A stretch of 64,000 bases of DNA from Octopus vulgaris (GCA_951406725.2 OX597819.1:3348001-3412000); one strand, 5' to 3'; positions 14,326 through 28,270 are shown, counted from the stretch's first letter. Program-made: numbers and translations. Notes: generated from the sequence alone by a model not told the origin.

Positions 14326-14702
14326 TATAGTTGTGTGAGTGTCTGTCCCCTTCGATTTAGATTCCTATATACTCCCACACTTTGCGGTGCAGTTTAACCA
14401 AAACCGGGTATCTTACAGTCGTGATTCATATCGAGCCCTTCTGGGTACTAGCGCGCGTCTATGATGAGTCTACGATTTTAAAAATAATTTACCATCATTT
14501 TTTTTCCATTTTCATGCATATTTTTTTAAAGGGAAGTAACTCTTAAAATGTCTACGATGAGTCAACGATTTAAAAAAAAATTTACCATCATATTTTTTCC
14601 ATTTTTAATGCATTTTTTTGCTATTTTTTGGCTATAACTCTCTAAAAATGCTGTATAGTTATTTCTCTTACAAACCCGAGCAACGCCGGGCGATGCTGCT
14701 AG
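14315..14702 (+). mobile_element. Non-autonomous Helitron in (TA)n
   Basis: 3' hairpin CCCGAGCAACGCCGGG about 8 nt before CTAG, followed by T; two internal ~65-bp related repeats (14457, 14550). Confidence 0.7.
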
Positions 14703-14782
<80 letters not shown>

Positions 14783-15980
14783 ATATATATACATACATAT
14801 GTATATATATATGTATACAAAGAAGCATGTTAATTATATATGTAAATGTATATTTATCTATATATTAATAGAAATCTCTATCTATCATCGTCAGTTGTCC
14901 CTAAGTAAAAAAAAATGGCACACTCTAAAAGAAATTTTGAGCAGTTATACTTTTATGTATTCGAGTAGTATATCTTTTGTTACGACATATAACCGGCGAG
15001 AAAGTTACCATTGGTCTCACCTCTACTACTGCACTTCGCAATATAGACGACTCATCAGACATGCGAACCGGAAGTACATAGCCTCTGATGGAGGTAAATA
15101 TCCAGACTGGGTCAGTTTGGTGGTGAAAAAAAACAAAAAAAACGAACGAAACGAAATAAGCCTAACACTTTTCGGGAGATTCCAGCTGTTGTCGAAGTGG
15201 AGCAGATATGCCAGCGGATGAAAGCAAAGCTGACCATGATGGAATTTGAACTTAGAACGTAAAAGCCGGGAGAAATGTCGTGATGCATTTTGTCCGACGT
15301 TTTAACAATTCTGCCATCGCTTTAGTCGTAAAAAAATTAATAACAAAGTCTAACAATTGCTATTTTCGCTGAGAACATTTGAAAATCAATGCTGTCACTG
15401 TGCTACCAACATCTTCCATTCAAATTCCTTGGAAGAGAATGCAATAAAGAAAAAAAGAAGTAAATCTTGAGGATATGCATCATAGAGAGATATTAAATGA
15501 AACAGTCTTCTGTTATGCTGCTTATCACCTTGAGCAAAGTTTCTCAAAGTGGATTTCGTGAAAACATTCCGGTGTTCCGCGACAAAATATTCAATAAAAA
15601 GTATTTTATAAAACAAATGCTACTTGCCATTTTCAAAATAAATTGTTTTTCTTATGAATATATTTTCTCTCTCAAACAATTTTTGTTTCATTTAATGTCG
15701 TGTTAAAATCAGAGTGAGAGTCACTCTGACCACTTTGGAAAATGGGTTTGGCGCTAAAATAAACTTGAGGATCGTTGTCTTACGAAATATATTGGGAACA
15801 AATATCCCAATATATCTCTTTTTCTTCCTTAAGGCTTAGTCTTTGAGTTGTCAAAAGAAGCCATACGATACTTCTGTAAGGTCGGTCTAGATATAAATTA
15901 GAAGGTCATACTTTTGGAATGACGACCGTCGAGCGTTGGAAACTGGAACTCTGAATTTAGCGAGAAGAAACTAAATATAT

Positions 15981-16797
15981 TGTTACGGAGGTAAAAGTAA
16001 CGGGAAAACATTATGCCCTAGTTCCGTTGGTTGGAGTTGAACCGGCGCTCCAATTGTTCAGGACGACAAAAAAATCCTTTGTCTTGTCAACGGCAACGGT
16101 AAATATTGAGGTTAGGAAGTGGCATTTGATCCCTACACGGTCAGGGAAAGGTTATAAAAAAATAAAAATGCCACCCTATAAATATTTCTTTACTGCCCAT
16201 AAAGGGCTACAAACAGAGGGGACAAACAAGGACAGACAAAGAGATTAAGTCGATTACATCGACCCCAGTGCGTAACTGGTACTTAATTTACCGACCCCGA
16301 AAGGATGAAAGGCAAAGTCGACTTCAGCGGAATTTGAACTCAGAACGTAACGGCGGACGAAATACGGCTACGCATTTCGCCCGGCGTGCTAACCTTTCTG
16401 CCAGCTCACCGCCTTACCCTATAAATGCGACGGGATTCAGTTGGCGAGAGGTGCAGTTGGCAAGAGGAGTTGAGTTGGCAACAGGGTAGTTGGGAGAGAC
16501 GGTCAGTCGATGCGGACAGCTAGCCAGGAGATGACAACGGTGAAGCGAGGAAGACAGGCAGCAGCCAAGAGATGAAGACGGCGAGAGACAGATAGAGGTA
16601 GTGAAGAAGATGACAATGAAGGGACAGGTACGAGAGACGGTCAGTTAGTGAGATGAACATTTGTAGTAGGAGCTGAAATTTGTAGTGGGCTCAGAAAGTG
16701 TTGCGGACGGAATATGCGCCGGTGGTGTTTATTTACGTTTCAATTTGTGTTTTGAGCTTTGATCTTTTGATTGTAAAACTATGGGGAATCTGTGACA
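15981..16797 (+). mobile_element. Candidate solo LTR interrupted by a SINE
   Basis: TGTTAC...GTGACA termini; CCCTATAAAT TATA-like box followed by a purine-rich R/U5-like region; no clean TSD. Confidence 0.45.
16184..16415 (-). mobile_element. SINE family 1, Tx1-like tail subtype, 11-bp TSD
   Basis: Flanked by direct repeat ACCCTATAAAT at 16173-16183 and 16416-16426. Confidence 0.85.
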
Positions 16798-17412
16798 TAA
16801 TCTGTTGAAAAGAAAATTAAGAAAAGGGAAAGAAAAAGAACATTGTGTTGGAAGGAGGAGAAAAGGAAAGAGAAAGAGATTGTAAACTGTGAAAAGAAAA
16901 GAGAAAGACTATTTGTTTCGATTGTTTTCCAAATTCTGTATTGTTTTGATTGTTGTCGGACGTTGTATTTTGCTGAATGCCATTGATTGTTCATTTTTTT
17001 AAAACTCTGTGCACGATCTGTTAAATGTCTGTTAACCTTGTGGTTAAATGCTTTTGTTTTTAAATGTATTTGAAATGTTTTGATTGATTTTGTGAAGTAT
17101 AAAAACTGTTAAATTACGTTGCCTCCGCTGTCTCTCTCCTTTGTTGTTGTTGTCTTCGGTTTCTGGCTTGCGTTCGCTGTCCACCTCCGCTTTCAGTGGT
17201 GGACTTCCGTTTGACTGAGCGTATGTATGTATGTATGTATGTATGTATGTATGTATGTATGTATGTATGTATGTATGTATGTATGGATGTATGTATGTAT
17301 GTATGTGTGTGTGTGTGTGCGTGCCTGATGTAATGATTGCATTGTTCAATTAAATGCACCCGCTTGAAACGGTCGTACTGCATCAACTCTGGATATCCTA
17401 TTGCTTATTTTG

Positions 17413-17452
<40 letters not shown>

Positions 17453-17831
17453 TATACATTTGGCGAAAAATGCGAGTGAAGATGTGTACGTTTTCATAGT
17501 GATGTATACGTACGCAAGTGGGTGCACGAACGCACACGTGTACGTATGAACAGGCATGCTTACGTGTTTACTATGAACTTTTAACCTTATCTTAATTAGC
17601 GGTCATTCGAATTAGCGCTTTTGTATAAGTAGCGGACTATAACACAGTCATTTCCCTTTTTCCATAGCGTTTTTTCAGATGGCCAGATAACCGAAGAGAT
17701 GATGGTGTGGATTTCCACCGCGGCATCCGAAACTTAGAGTTTTATCTTGGCTACCGAATAATTGTCACATATTATTTTACAGATAATTTTCCTCTATTTA
17801 CATAATATTGAGGTCTCTTTCTTTCTTTTGT

Positions 17832-19013
17832 TAATGCGTATTTTTTCATTTGTATGCACTACAGGTCGGAGTGGGACGGGGTAAACTATCTGCATCAACT
17901 TGCAATAAAAGCGAGAAGTAATTTTATTTTGTACTTATTCTTAGCGCAAGTTCGATCTTAAAAGTTATTTATTCACATCTATAATGGAATTAACAAAGGA
18001 GCATATTCGGCATATTTTGCTTTATGAGTTCAATAAAGGCAACAACACAATGGAAAGTGTGAGGAATATTAATGCATTATATGGGGATCGGACAATAAGC
18101 ATAAGCCAGTGTCAACGGTGGTTCCAGAAATTCCGAGCCGGAAACAACAGCCAAGAAGACGAGCCTCGATCTGGTAGATGTGAAGAGCTCGTCGAGGACG
18201 TTGGGCATAGCTTGGTGAAACAAAATCCCATCTTAACTGTTGAGAAACTAGCAGAGAAGCTTGGATTTGGTCATTCAACCATTCATCGACACCTGCGTGC
18301 AATCAGAAAAGTCAGCAAATTGGGTCAATGGGTTCCTCACAAACTTTCCGTTTCTAATCGTGCGCAGAGAGTGAATGTGTGCTCTTCTTTGTGGTTATGT
18401 CTCACGAATGAACCGTTTTGGATGACGAGAAATGGGTTCTCTATAAAAATGTCAAGTGCCGAAGACAGCAGGTAGAGAAAGGAGAAACACCGGCACTCCA
18501 GGTTAAAGAAGGTCTTCACCCACGTAAGGTGTTGTTATCTGTTTGGTGGGATATGAAAGGTTTAGTCCACTTTAAACTTTTAGACCCAAACCAAACGATA
18601 ACAAAGGAGATCTGCTGCGAGCAGCTTGGGCGGCTTAAGAAAAATGACCATCTTTGGTTTCACGATGAAAGGTGTTTTTCAATCAGGATAATGCTCAGAT
18701 ACATCGAAGATGATATTTCAAAAGCTAGAGCAGTTTGAGTGGAAAACTATTTCCCACCCACCATATTCGCCGGATATTGTCCTCTCTGAGGGCGGAAAAA
18801 ATATGAATTCTGTTGAAGAGGTCAGAACAGTACTGGAGTAGTATTTTTCGTCACGGGCAAGTGAATTTTGGTAGAGGGGCCTTGCAAGTCTACTAGATAG
18901 ATGGGAAGTGCCTCGTAGAAGGAGAGTATATTTGATATTAAAAATGAACTTTGTTTATCTTAATTTTGAAAAATAAAAGAAGTATAAAAAGCCGCATTAT
19001 TTATGGGATTACC

Positions 19014-19016
<3 letters not shown>
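17832..19016 (+). mobile_element. Mariner (DD34D-type) transposon, defective copy 1
   Basis: HTH N-terminus, WVPHKL, DEKW, VWWD, HPPYSPD remnants; 3' TIR CCGCATTATTTATGGGATTACCCGA-TA; 5' TIR mostly lost. Confidence 0.9.
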
Positions 19017-19075
<59 letters not shown>

Positions 19076-19148
19076 TATAAGTCAGCGCTGGCAGAAAAAT
19101 ATATATATATATCTGTGTGTGTGTGTGTGTATGTGAGAGAGTGAGAGA

Positions 19149-19236
<88 letters not shown>

Positions 19237-19330
19237 ATAAATGGTAAGTAAGGTGGAGAAAGTAGTACTCGAATACCAATACCAAAAATAAAATAGTATT
19301 TTGTAGAAGCTGAAAAGACTTCACAAACTG

Positions 19331-19421
19331 TTACTCAGAGTTTCATGAGACCGTCGTCATTATATAAAACAATCATTCTCATGATTGCCTGATGATCGGT
19401 TACGTGAAACTCTGAGTAATA
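19331..19421. ncRNA. Short inverted pair of degenerate hammerhead motifs
   Basis: + strand CTGATGA-TCGGTTACGT-GAAAC-TCTGA-GTA (19389-19418); - strand TGACGA-CGGTCTCAT-GAAAC-TCTGA-GTA (19359-19332); stems I and II weak. Confidence 0.5.
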
Positions 19422-22400
19422 TTCTCTGAATTTGCAAAATATATTTTGTGCTGCATTTTTATTATTTTCCGTTTTTCATTTGTTTAAATTTTACATTTAA
19501 AAAATGCCACTCAACTTTTTGTTTGTTAACACAACCTTTGCAGGATATCTCTTGAAGTGAAGATTCAGCAATGCTTTTAATAAAATTTTTAGATGGGAAA
19601 AAAAAAATTGCTTTAAGACTTGTCGGAATTTTTAATTTCGTTAACATACATGGCTTCACTTCTATTTGAAATTGATGAATATTAAATGAATGGGACTTCC
19701 TCCGCTTGTTGAAGCCGTGTCGTCATTGGAGCAGCATAATGATAACCGTAAGGTAAAGCTGAAATTTCTTCTTGATCTCATGATCAATTTAAGTGTAAAT
19801 AATATTTATTGATGGAGCAGCTGTTAAATATTTCTGTTTTAATCTTAATTTCATTTCCTAACGCTTAAATGAAAAACTAAATCAAAATCGAGCTAATGAG
19901 GGAGCCTCTAAGTGGTCGAACGACCTTGTAAAAACAGTAGTCAATTTTCTCTAAAATCACAATCTGCCATGTTTTTTGTTTATAAATGAACATAATAGAT
20001 AATGTAGCCTGAGATAAAGCAGTCTTATTAAAATACAATAACAGAACACACCTCTTCATACAATACGAACAAACACTTCAAGCTATGCACAACTGTAAGA
20101 TATAAATTGACCTAATACTATCTAAGTTATTGTAGCAGCAAGAGTTGCAATACAGAAACATATAATTTTAAAATAACATAAATTGGCTTGCCCTGAATAA
20201 GCAGGGCAACCATTTCGGTCAGTGCATTTTGAAAGTGCTGCCGAAGATAGATTGGGAGTAGTTACTGCTTCCAGTAAGTCTCTTCGCTTCCATCAATAGC
20301 ATCAGTCTCTCAGACGAAGTATACTTCTCAAAACGTTAGAAGTTTCATCTTTCTTACAACAAACTAGTTTACTCTGTTTGTATTCACTAATTGCCGACGA
20401 GGACCATCACTAGTTCCCCTGGATCGCAGTGTTTACTGGACAGGATATTTAATGTTTGTCAGAAATGATGACTATATGAGCTAATTAAGATGAATGAAAA
20501 CTGGACAAAACAAAATGGAAGTGGAAATAGTTACACGGCTGGTAGTGTACTAGTAGTGTACCAATCAAAACAAGAAGAAAATGAAAAAGAGAAAAAAAAA
20601 CCCAGTGAAACATTGAATTATAAATGCTTAACTGTAAGCCGCTTGAAATCAATATTGATTCGATCTAATTGATGATGTCTGGTGAATGAAATGACATCAA
20701 AATAAGAGGCATATTTTAACAGAAATAAATAACCTCCACATATTTACCCTACGCACACAGAATTTGTGTGTGTGTGTGTGTGTGTTCGTGTGTATGTGTG
20801 TGTAGGATAAATGCATGTGTATGTGCGCGCGCTTGTACAAGTGGGAGACAAGAAAATGAGACAAGCAGGGATATATATTAGTCATACCAATACATAAGAA
20901 TTTATCTATGAACATAATGTCATTGACAGTTACTAAGCAGCATAGATATATCTGAATATGTTGGATGAATAACAATAGAAGTTCGTAGCTTCAGTTTTAC
21001 ACGAAGGTTGGCAAACGCACTGAAACGCAAATAGTTGTAACCGAAATCGAAATGAGTTACGGATTGTGTCCAGGACCTTTACTCTGCTAAAAATAGTCGT
21101 TACATTCGACATGGGAACTATAAAACATTAGCCATATGGCTGAACTGCAACCTAATATATATTATCAAGAAATTTCACTGAAACCTTCACTAAATGCTTG
21201 AAAAATTCAGTGTAGTAATTTAAGTGAAATATTTAATATATTCTCTATCAGGACCAACCTCACCAAAGCTTATAAACTAATGAAACGCGGATGTTCTGTT
21301 TGAATAAACTTTACTTCGGTAGATATCACGATAGAAACTCTTTGGCTTTTGGCGCAAAATGTACGCTCCTGGTGCATTTTGCTTCTAAAGCCAAGATGAG
21401 AAACTTTGTTCTAACATAACATCGGCGTTTAAACGGGGATAAGTATTACTTCTTGGTATTAATACTATTTCTGTGGCTAATAAATATTTTAAAATAAAAT
21501 AATGTACAAGAGAGAAGTAAGTTTGAAGTAAAGATCAACTTCTTACCAAGCAAATACCTAAATCACAGCCTCATCTGGTTTAACTGGTGTTTCAGTTAGA
21601 ATGTAGCAACTAATGTTATAAGGAACATTTATGGAGAACATAATGTTCACTCGTCCACAAGTACGACGAAATATTTTATAAGAACAACTTAAAATCAGAG
21701 ATACATGAAGAATGTTATGAACGTCATTGTGAATAAATTAAGAAGTGATTATCAAACCAAATCAAACCAAAACAATAAGAAACGCGGATGCAACTTCAGA
21801 GTTAGGCAAAAGTTGTTTAATAAAGCTGCTGTATTTAGAACCAAGATAACCTGAATGAATAAGGAGAAACTGAGAAATATAGATGCTTGTGAATGTGTGT
21901 TGAGTCTGTATGAACTGTAGGATAATCACAAATATTGATGGTCAAGTAATCAATAATAATTTGGCATTGTTATAATATTAGTGAAGTAGAGTAGCTAAAG
22001 TAATTATAAACAAAATTGTTAATCGACGTAACCGTAAAAAGAAAAGGTCATTAAAATGCTATTTGTGACCCATTAAATGCTAGTTTGATCAAACAAGAAC
22101 AGGAGTGCGTATAAAGAGAGCAGATAGAATATTATTGATAATAAATCATGAATAATAACACAGGGTATAAAAAATAAATCATCCTGTTTCAAAACTGAAA
22201 ATAGCTGATTCTTGTAATACTTTTTCAGCTGAATATAAATAAATTTTTAACATTTTCCTGTCAGGTGATTTTATTTTGTGTGGCACACTAATTATTTGAC
22301 ATTCATATAGTTTACCCTCAATAATTTATAGAAGAAATGGTTTATAGTATTGTTTTTTTGCATAGAAATCCGATTTCTGATCAAACAAGAGCATATGACA

Positions 22401-24124
22401 ATCATGCCTTTCTCAAGAGTATTTGTAAGAAAAGGAGGCATAATCAATGGAGTAAAAAAAGGTGACTATGGAGAACTTTGAACTCAATGGAATTAAACTA
22501 ATTGCCGTAACTAATTACTGTTTTTGTCAATATCTATTTTCGAAATGAGCATAAATAGGGAAAATGAATGCAGAAAAAACATTTTACGTTAAAAATAATT
22601 TCAATGTTTTCAGTTTATCTTTAAGAAAGGCCAAACCATATTTTGCGCCATTTTCTCGAGGTTTTTCATTTTTGTTCTGATTGATTCTGATCATTCGGTA
22701 AACTGTTTATAACGGCTTCGTGCCACATCGTCCTTTCAAGGACGTCGCTCCTTCCATGAAATCGCATACTGAGAACTATAAATAATGGATAAATGCTAAG
22801 TTATCGCTAATCATCAAATACAAAAGAAAATTGATTGATTTCAAACAATCATATTTATCGTTTTCTCACACTACATATGTCTTTACGAGTGGTGGCAGAC
22901 GGTCAAGTCGCTAAAGTTCCAAACGACAAATCAAAGGGTAAATTGTTTATAAAACGTCACCAGTAAGATACCTTACTTTCGCTCGGTCAGTCCAGCTGTA
23001 AATTAGTACCATTGTTAGATACAAATTGCTACTGTAACGAATTAGATCCCTCACAATACTCTTATTGCCGAGTATTTCGATATCGGATAGATTTCTCTTT
23101 TCTTCGAGTAGGAAATGGAACTTAAGAAGAATATAATATATCTTTCTTTGAACCACTAAAAGAGGGCACTTGGACCAAGTTTTTACAGAATAAAATAGGG
23201 TAGTGGACTGAAGACTTGATACAACACCACTCAAAATGTCTAGCAGTATTAGTTACCTACCTATATATTCTGAGTTCAAATCCTCTGTGACAAGTCTCTG
23301 GTTGACTAGAATGTAAGTTGATCTACAAACAGCATATTAGAAAGATAAAGAAGAAATTCTATTAACCTTTGTCCATGCAGTGATATCTTGAAAATGTTTT
23401 TTCGCGCTAGTTGACATTAAAGAGATTGAAATCACCTAATAAACAACATTTGTTGTTTGATTAATAGCTCCTCTATCTTTCTAAACCTATCTTTAAATTT
23501 ATAATAATGATTTTAAGACACGTAGTAGAAGATAAGTGCATATAAAAAACATGGAATTGATCTATATTTATTATTAGTCTATCACAAACTGAGTTTAAGT
23601 GTGACAGCAGGATTAATGGCTTGACATCTACACGGCAGCTCCACATTGACTTCTCTCCTAGCTTCCAGTGTGAAAGTTGGCCGGTATATTTCCTTATCTG
23701 CTATATTTCTTGTTAGATGCATTTCCTTAGATGTCATGCATATTGTTTGATTGCATCTTACAAAACTTCTCGAGCAGAAGATTTTACAATTTTACTTCTG
23801 TTACTAAGTTGTGACAGGTATCTGATATTTAGCATTGGTATTGATGTGGCATTTGAGTGGGGGTCAGTAGTGATCATACTGTGTCTATTATTTTCAGTGA
23901 GCTTGTGTATTGATGGTCATGGCTTTGATTTTGTATCTGTGCAACCAGATCAGTTTTTGGAATGTTTAAAATGATTGTTGCTCGGCTGCTGCCGTTCTCA
24001 CTACATCAGTATATTGCCTTTTATTGAGGACAGATGGCATTACATCTGTATATTACCTTTTGACAGCAGTAGACGGTGAGTACAGTATCCTTTTCAGATG
24101 GGTGGTTGAACCTTATCCCACACA

Positions 24125-25312
24125 TCGCTAGTTTTCTCGACATCTTCATTACTTTTAACATTATCCACCCGGCCACTTACAACCGCTATATATCTTCTGA
24201 CTTCCATTCCAATCGCCACTCCAAACATACTAAATCTGTTATACCATTCTCTCAATTTCCCCGGCTTCGCCTACTCTGCAGCATTGATTAGGATTTCTAA
24301 TGTAGAAGAATGTTATGGACCTTGGACTTCGAGAGACAGGGTATCGAACACACCACTGGTCTCCTACCCATTTTATGTACACTTATAGACCGTATTCCAC
24401 TCTCTCTCACCTTCCACCCACTCATTCTCTCATTGAAACACATTTACAACTTCAAAATCCTACTCACTGACCCTCAAAGTGCTCTGGTCTTTCTCGCACC
24501 GTCTCTACTCACCTTTAAGAAAGATAATATAGTGCGAAAATCTAGTTAGAAGCTCCGTAGCATCCGGTCATACACAACCAGGCACTCTTAAATGCACTCG
24601 TTCACGAAGCAACATCGTTTCTTTCATTAAGAACACTAAAACCATCAATGCACCCAATAAACAATATTGAGAATACCCCAAAATTCTGTGATACATCTTC
24701 CAACTTTCTACATTGCATCAACTGCAAACATTGTGACATACTTTAAAAACTGTTACGGCGACGAGGGTTCCAGTTGATCTGATTAACGGAACAGCCTGCT
24801 CATAAAATTAACGTGTAAGTGGTTCAGCACTCCACAGACACACGTACCTTTAATTTCTCAGGGAGATTTCGCTCGATACAGAATGTGACAAGGCTGGCCC
24901 TTTCAAATACAGGTACAATCTATTTTTGCTAGCTAAGCGGACTGGAGCAGCGGAAAATGAAGGGCCTCACTCAAGGACACAACACATCGCCGGGAATCGA
25001 ACTCACGACTTTACGACTGTAAGCCGAATAACTTAACCATTAAGCCATACACCGTTACACTGGCGGAAAACAGACCATCACCTTGCCGATAACTTTCGAG
25101 GACATATTTCCAAGCACATAATTACGCATGCCGGGCCAACCTGTCGCATGCCGGGCCAACCTGTCGCTACTAATTTCAACACAATGGTCCATTCCATCAC
25201 CCATTTCTCAGTGTGTAAAGTCTCTCCACATTTTGGATCTTCACATTCAAGGAAACGAAAGGAGCAACGTTTCATATACAAACTAGGACCATGGCATTGA
25301 CGAGTTTCAATA
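24125..25312 (+). mobile_element. Degenerate Penelope-like element (RT thumb + Cys-rich linker + GIY-YIG), split by a SINE
   Basis: FLDI, HSKHTKSVIPFSQFPRLRLLCS, RIPLSLTFHP, PGTLKCTRS, LHCINCKHC, PVATNFN, RKEQRFIYKLG. Confidence 0.7.
24745..25052 (-). mobile_element. tRNA-derived CORE-type SINE (family 3)
   Basis: Minus strand TGGCTTAATGGTTAAG A box, GAGTTCGATTCCC B box, GTGTCCTTGAG core. Confidence 0.8.
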
Positions 25313-25678
25313 AATGCTTTCCGTTCTACTGCTTCATTCCGTTCATATCATTCAGCTTTTCTCTTTTACCTATATCTCACCATCACCCGTTTCTCTTCTT
25401 ACTTTCATTTCTCGTTCTCTCTCTTTCGTTCACCTGGTTTTCTCTCCTACTACTTTCTAATTAACTACGCAAACTCACGTTGTTTTGCGTTCCCCGACAG
25501 CTGTGACCAGTTGCTAAAACGGAGAGGAAGTAAAGCTTTGTTTTGTATTTCATTTTTCTTCTTGTCATCTTAACTTCGAAGAAGTACTTTATCGAAAACG
25601 GCAATTTCGCCGTTTTTCTTTTTTTGTCGCTTTTGTTTTCTGCTAATGCAGACCACCTCCAATCGTCTTGTATTCTAT

Positions 25679-25716
<38 letters not shown>

Positions 25717-25790
25717 CGCGTGCACACATACACACACTTGTATACAAATATAATATATGTGTGTATATATACATATATGCATGTGTATGC

Positions 25791-25821
<31 letters not shown>

Positions 25822-27348
25822 CAGCCTTGGCCAAAAGTATTAGGCCACCCCAATGTTTTGGGGTTCTGCTATCTCAATGTTAATGAAACTCGTGCACATT
25901 GAAGATTATGGTATATTTCACAATATACATTAGTTTTAATATCTGGTCGACCCTTTAGTATCAGTTACCGCTTTTATACGGTTAGGCATTGAGTCAGCTA
26001 GTTTCTTGCAGGTTCTAGGCGCAATTTTACTCCATTCTTCTCTCAACTTTTGGTACAAATTCTCTTTATTTTTAGTTGTTGTGTTTCTGATATCTTCACC
26101 AAGAGTTCCCCATAGGTGTTCGATCGGATTTAGATCGGGGTTTGAGCTGGCCACTCCATGGGAACAATACCTTCTCTCTCAAACCATTGACGAGTATTCT
26201 TTGCTGTATGACATGGTGCGTTGTCCTGTTGAAAGATAACACTCTTTTTCCACACTCCTGGATGCAATTTAGCAATTGATGGCTCTAAAACATCCGATAA
26301 CATAGAAACATAGGGAGCTGAATTCATCCTTCCCTGACATAAAAACATTCCACCGGATTCTGTGGCAGACACGCAGAACCATGATAGAACCACCCCTATT
26401 ATGTTTTACGGTTAGTACCAGACATTCAACCTTAAATGCTTCTCCAACTCTGCGACACACGAAAGTTGTACCAGATGTACTGAAAACCTGGGTAAAAACA
26501 TGAAAAATAATATTAGCTTTATGTTGGATACTTTTTTTTATATATTTTGGGCAACAAAAAGTTTATATGTTGATTGAATACATGTACTATCTTACCTCAT
26601 ATTTACTTTCATCAGACCATATGACTTTTGACCATGGTCCAATTTGAATGATTTTTGGCCCACTGAAGACATTTTTCCATATTCGCTTCAGAAACCCATG
26701 GCTTCTTCCTGGCTTTACAGCCTTTCAGACTGTACTCTACAAGCCCTCTTCTAACAGTTCTGGTTGATATTTATGAAGTATTTGCCTCGTTGAAGTCCGC
26801 ACAGAGCTCCGACGATGTTTTTCTCCTGTTTCTGAGCGGCTGATGGGTGATGGATCTGTCATCACGAGGTGATGTAACCTTTTTTTCTACCTGTTCTTTA
26901 TATTGTCTTCACATTTTTTGTCTCTCTGAAGCGTTTGAGAGTCGTTTGCACCACACATCGAGAACATTTCATCTTCTAAAGCAATTTACCGGTGAGACAT
27001 TCCATCTTCATGATGAGCTACGATTTGACCTCGCTCATACTCACTCAACTCCCTTGTTTGAGGCATTTTATTGTTTATTAACTGTATCTACAACCTATTT
27101 TAGCATAAAACTCTGAAATAATCAAAGACACATAAGTTAATTTTGGACGTTGGTCTTACTCATAATTGGTTGCGTATGTACCATACAGTATAAAAGTGGT
27201 AACTGATGCTAAATGAGGGTCAACCAGATATGAAAACTAATGTATATTGTGAAATATACCATAATCTACCATGTGCACGAGATTCATTAACAATGAGATA
27301 GCAGAACCCCAAAACATTGGGGTGGCCTAATACTTTTGACCAAGGCTG
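25822..27348 (-). mobile_element. Tc1-family (DD34E-type) transposon with ~133-bp TIRs and an intron; frameshifted
   Basis: TIRs 25822-25954 / 27216-27348 (CAGCCTTGG...), TA flanks; IWSDESK, FQQDNAPCH, NPDLNPIEHLW. Confidence 0.92.
26488..26595 (-). other. 108-nt GT-AG intron in the Tc1 transposase
   Basis: GAG|GTAAGA...TTTTTACCCAG|GTT joins WSDESKYE to VFSTSGTTFVCRR in frame. Confidence 0.8.
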
Positions 27349-27352
27349 TATA

Positions 27353-28180
27353 CAGGGTGCGGTGAATAAACTGTCGTCTAAATTACGCAAAAATGAAAAT
27401 AACACTGACATCCCATTTTAACAGATACATTTACCAAAATTATCTTAAATACTAAAGAGTAGATTTATTCAATAAAATCGCCATTGGTTTCAACCACGGT
27501 TTCCTGATGACCTGCAACTCTTCTGGACAATCTCCTTGTTTAAATTGGTGAATGCTGCCATAATCCTTGCCTTCAGTTCATCTTTGGTATTACAAGGAGT
27601 TTCGTTGGTCTCTTGCTCAGCTGTGCCCCACACATAATAATCAAGGGATTGCACTCTGGGGAGTTAAGTGGTCAGATGTTAGTGGTGATGTTGTCGCAGA
27701 AATTGTCTGACAACCATAATTGGGCTCTCCTGATTGTGTGGCAAAGGGCAGAGTCCTGTTGCTAGATATAAGGCCTTCCAGCAGCTACCCTCTTGAGCCA
27801 GATCAGCACTACCTGCTCCAGGCACTTGCTGTAGGCCTCCTTGTTAAATCTGAAGCCGTGTGGGAAGATGAATGGAGGCATAACGTTGCCATCACCAGTG
27901 ATCACTGCAAACACCATGATGTTGATTTTGATTTTTATCACTCTTGGTACATGTTTTCATATTGACACACAAAAACTCTGAAATATTCATACTGGAGCTT
28001 CCGGCGCGAATGCCAAGCAGTACATCATATTTTCAAAATTCTGGCAGAATGAACTGCGTCACGGGGCTGTTTTTCTCAACTGACCCTACTATACTGTGTA
28101 GTCGACAAAAATTAAAAACAAACAATGCACATGCGCAAATTTAAAATATAAAATGACGACATTTTCCCCATCGCATACTG
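27353..28180 (-). mobile_element. Internally deleted Tc1/mariner (DDxD, maT/rosa-like)
   Basis: Imperfect TIRs CAGGGTGCGGTGAATAAACTGTCGTC / CAGTATGCGATGGGGAAAATGTCGTC; QQDSALCH and SPECNPLDYYVWG. Confidence 0.75.
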
Positions 28181-28224
28181 TATGTATGTATGTATGTATG
28201 TATGTATGTATGTATGTATGTATG

Positions 28225-28267
<43 letters not shown>

Positions 28268-28270
<3 letters not shown>

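Noticed and set aside
16920-17220. Minus-strand segment resembling a LINE 5' UTR next to (ATAC)n
   Set aside because: Compositional impression only; no protein motif
17670-17740. Possible host exon after TTTTTCAG (DGQITEEMMVWISTAASET*)
   Set aside because: No recognisable homology or partner exons; cannot be supported without transcript data
24745-25052. tRNA gene
   Set aside because: A/B boxes belong to SINE heads; no complete cloverleaf
25124-25168. 20-bp tandem duplication CGCATGCCGGGCCAACCTGT
   Set aside because: Local duplication inside a decayed Penelope copy; no sign of function
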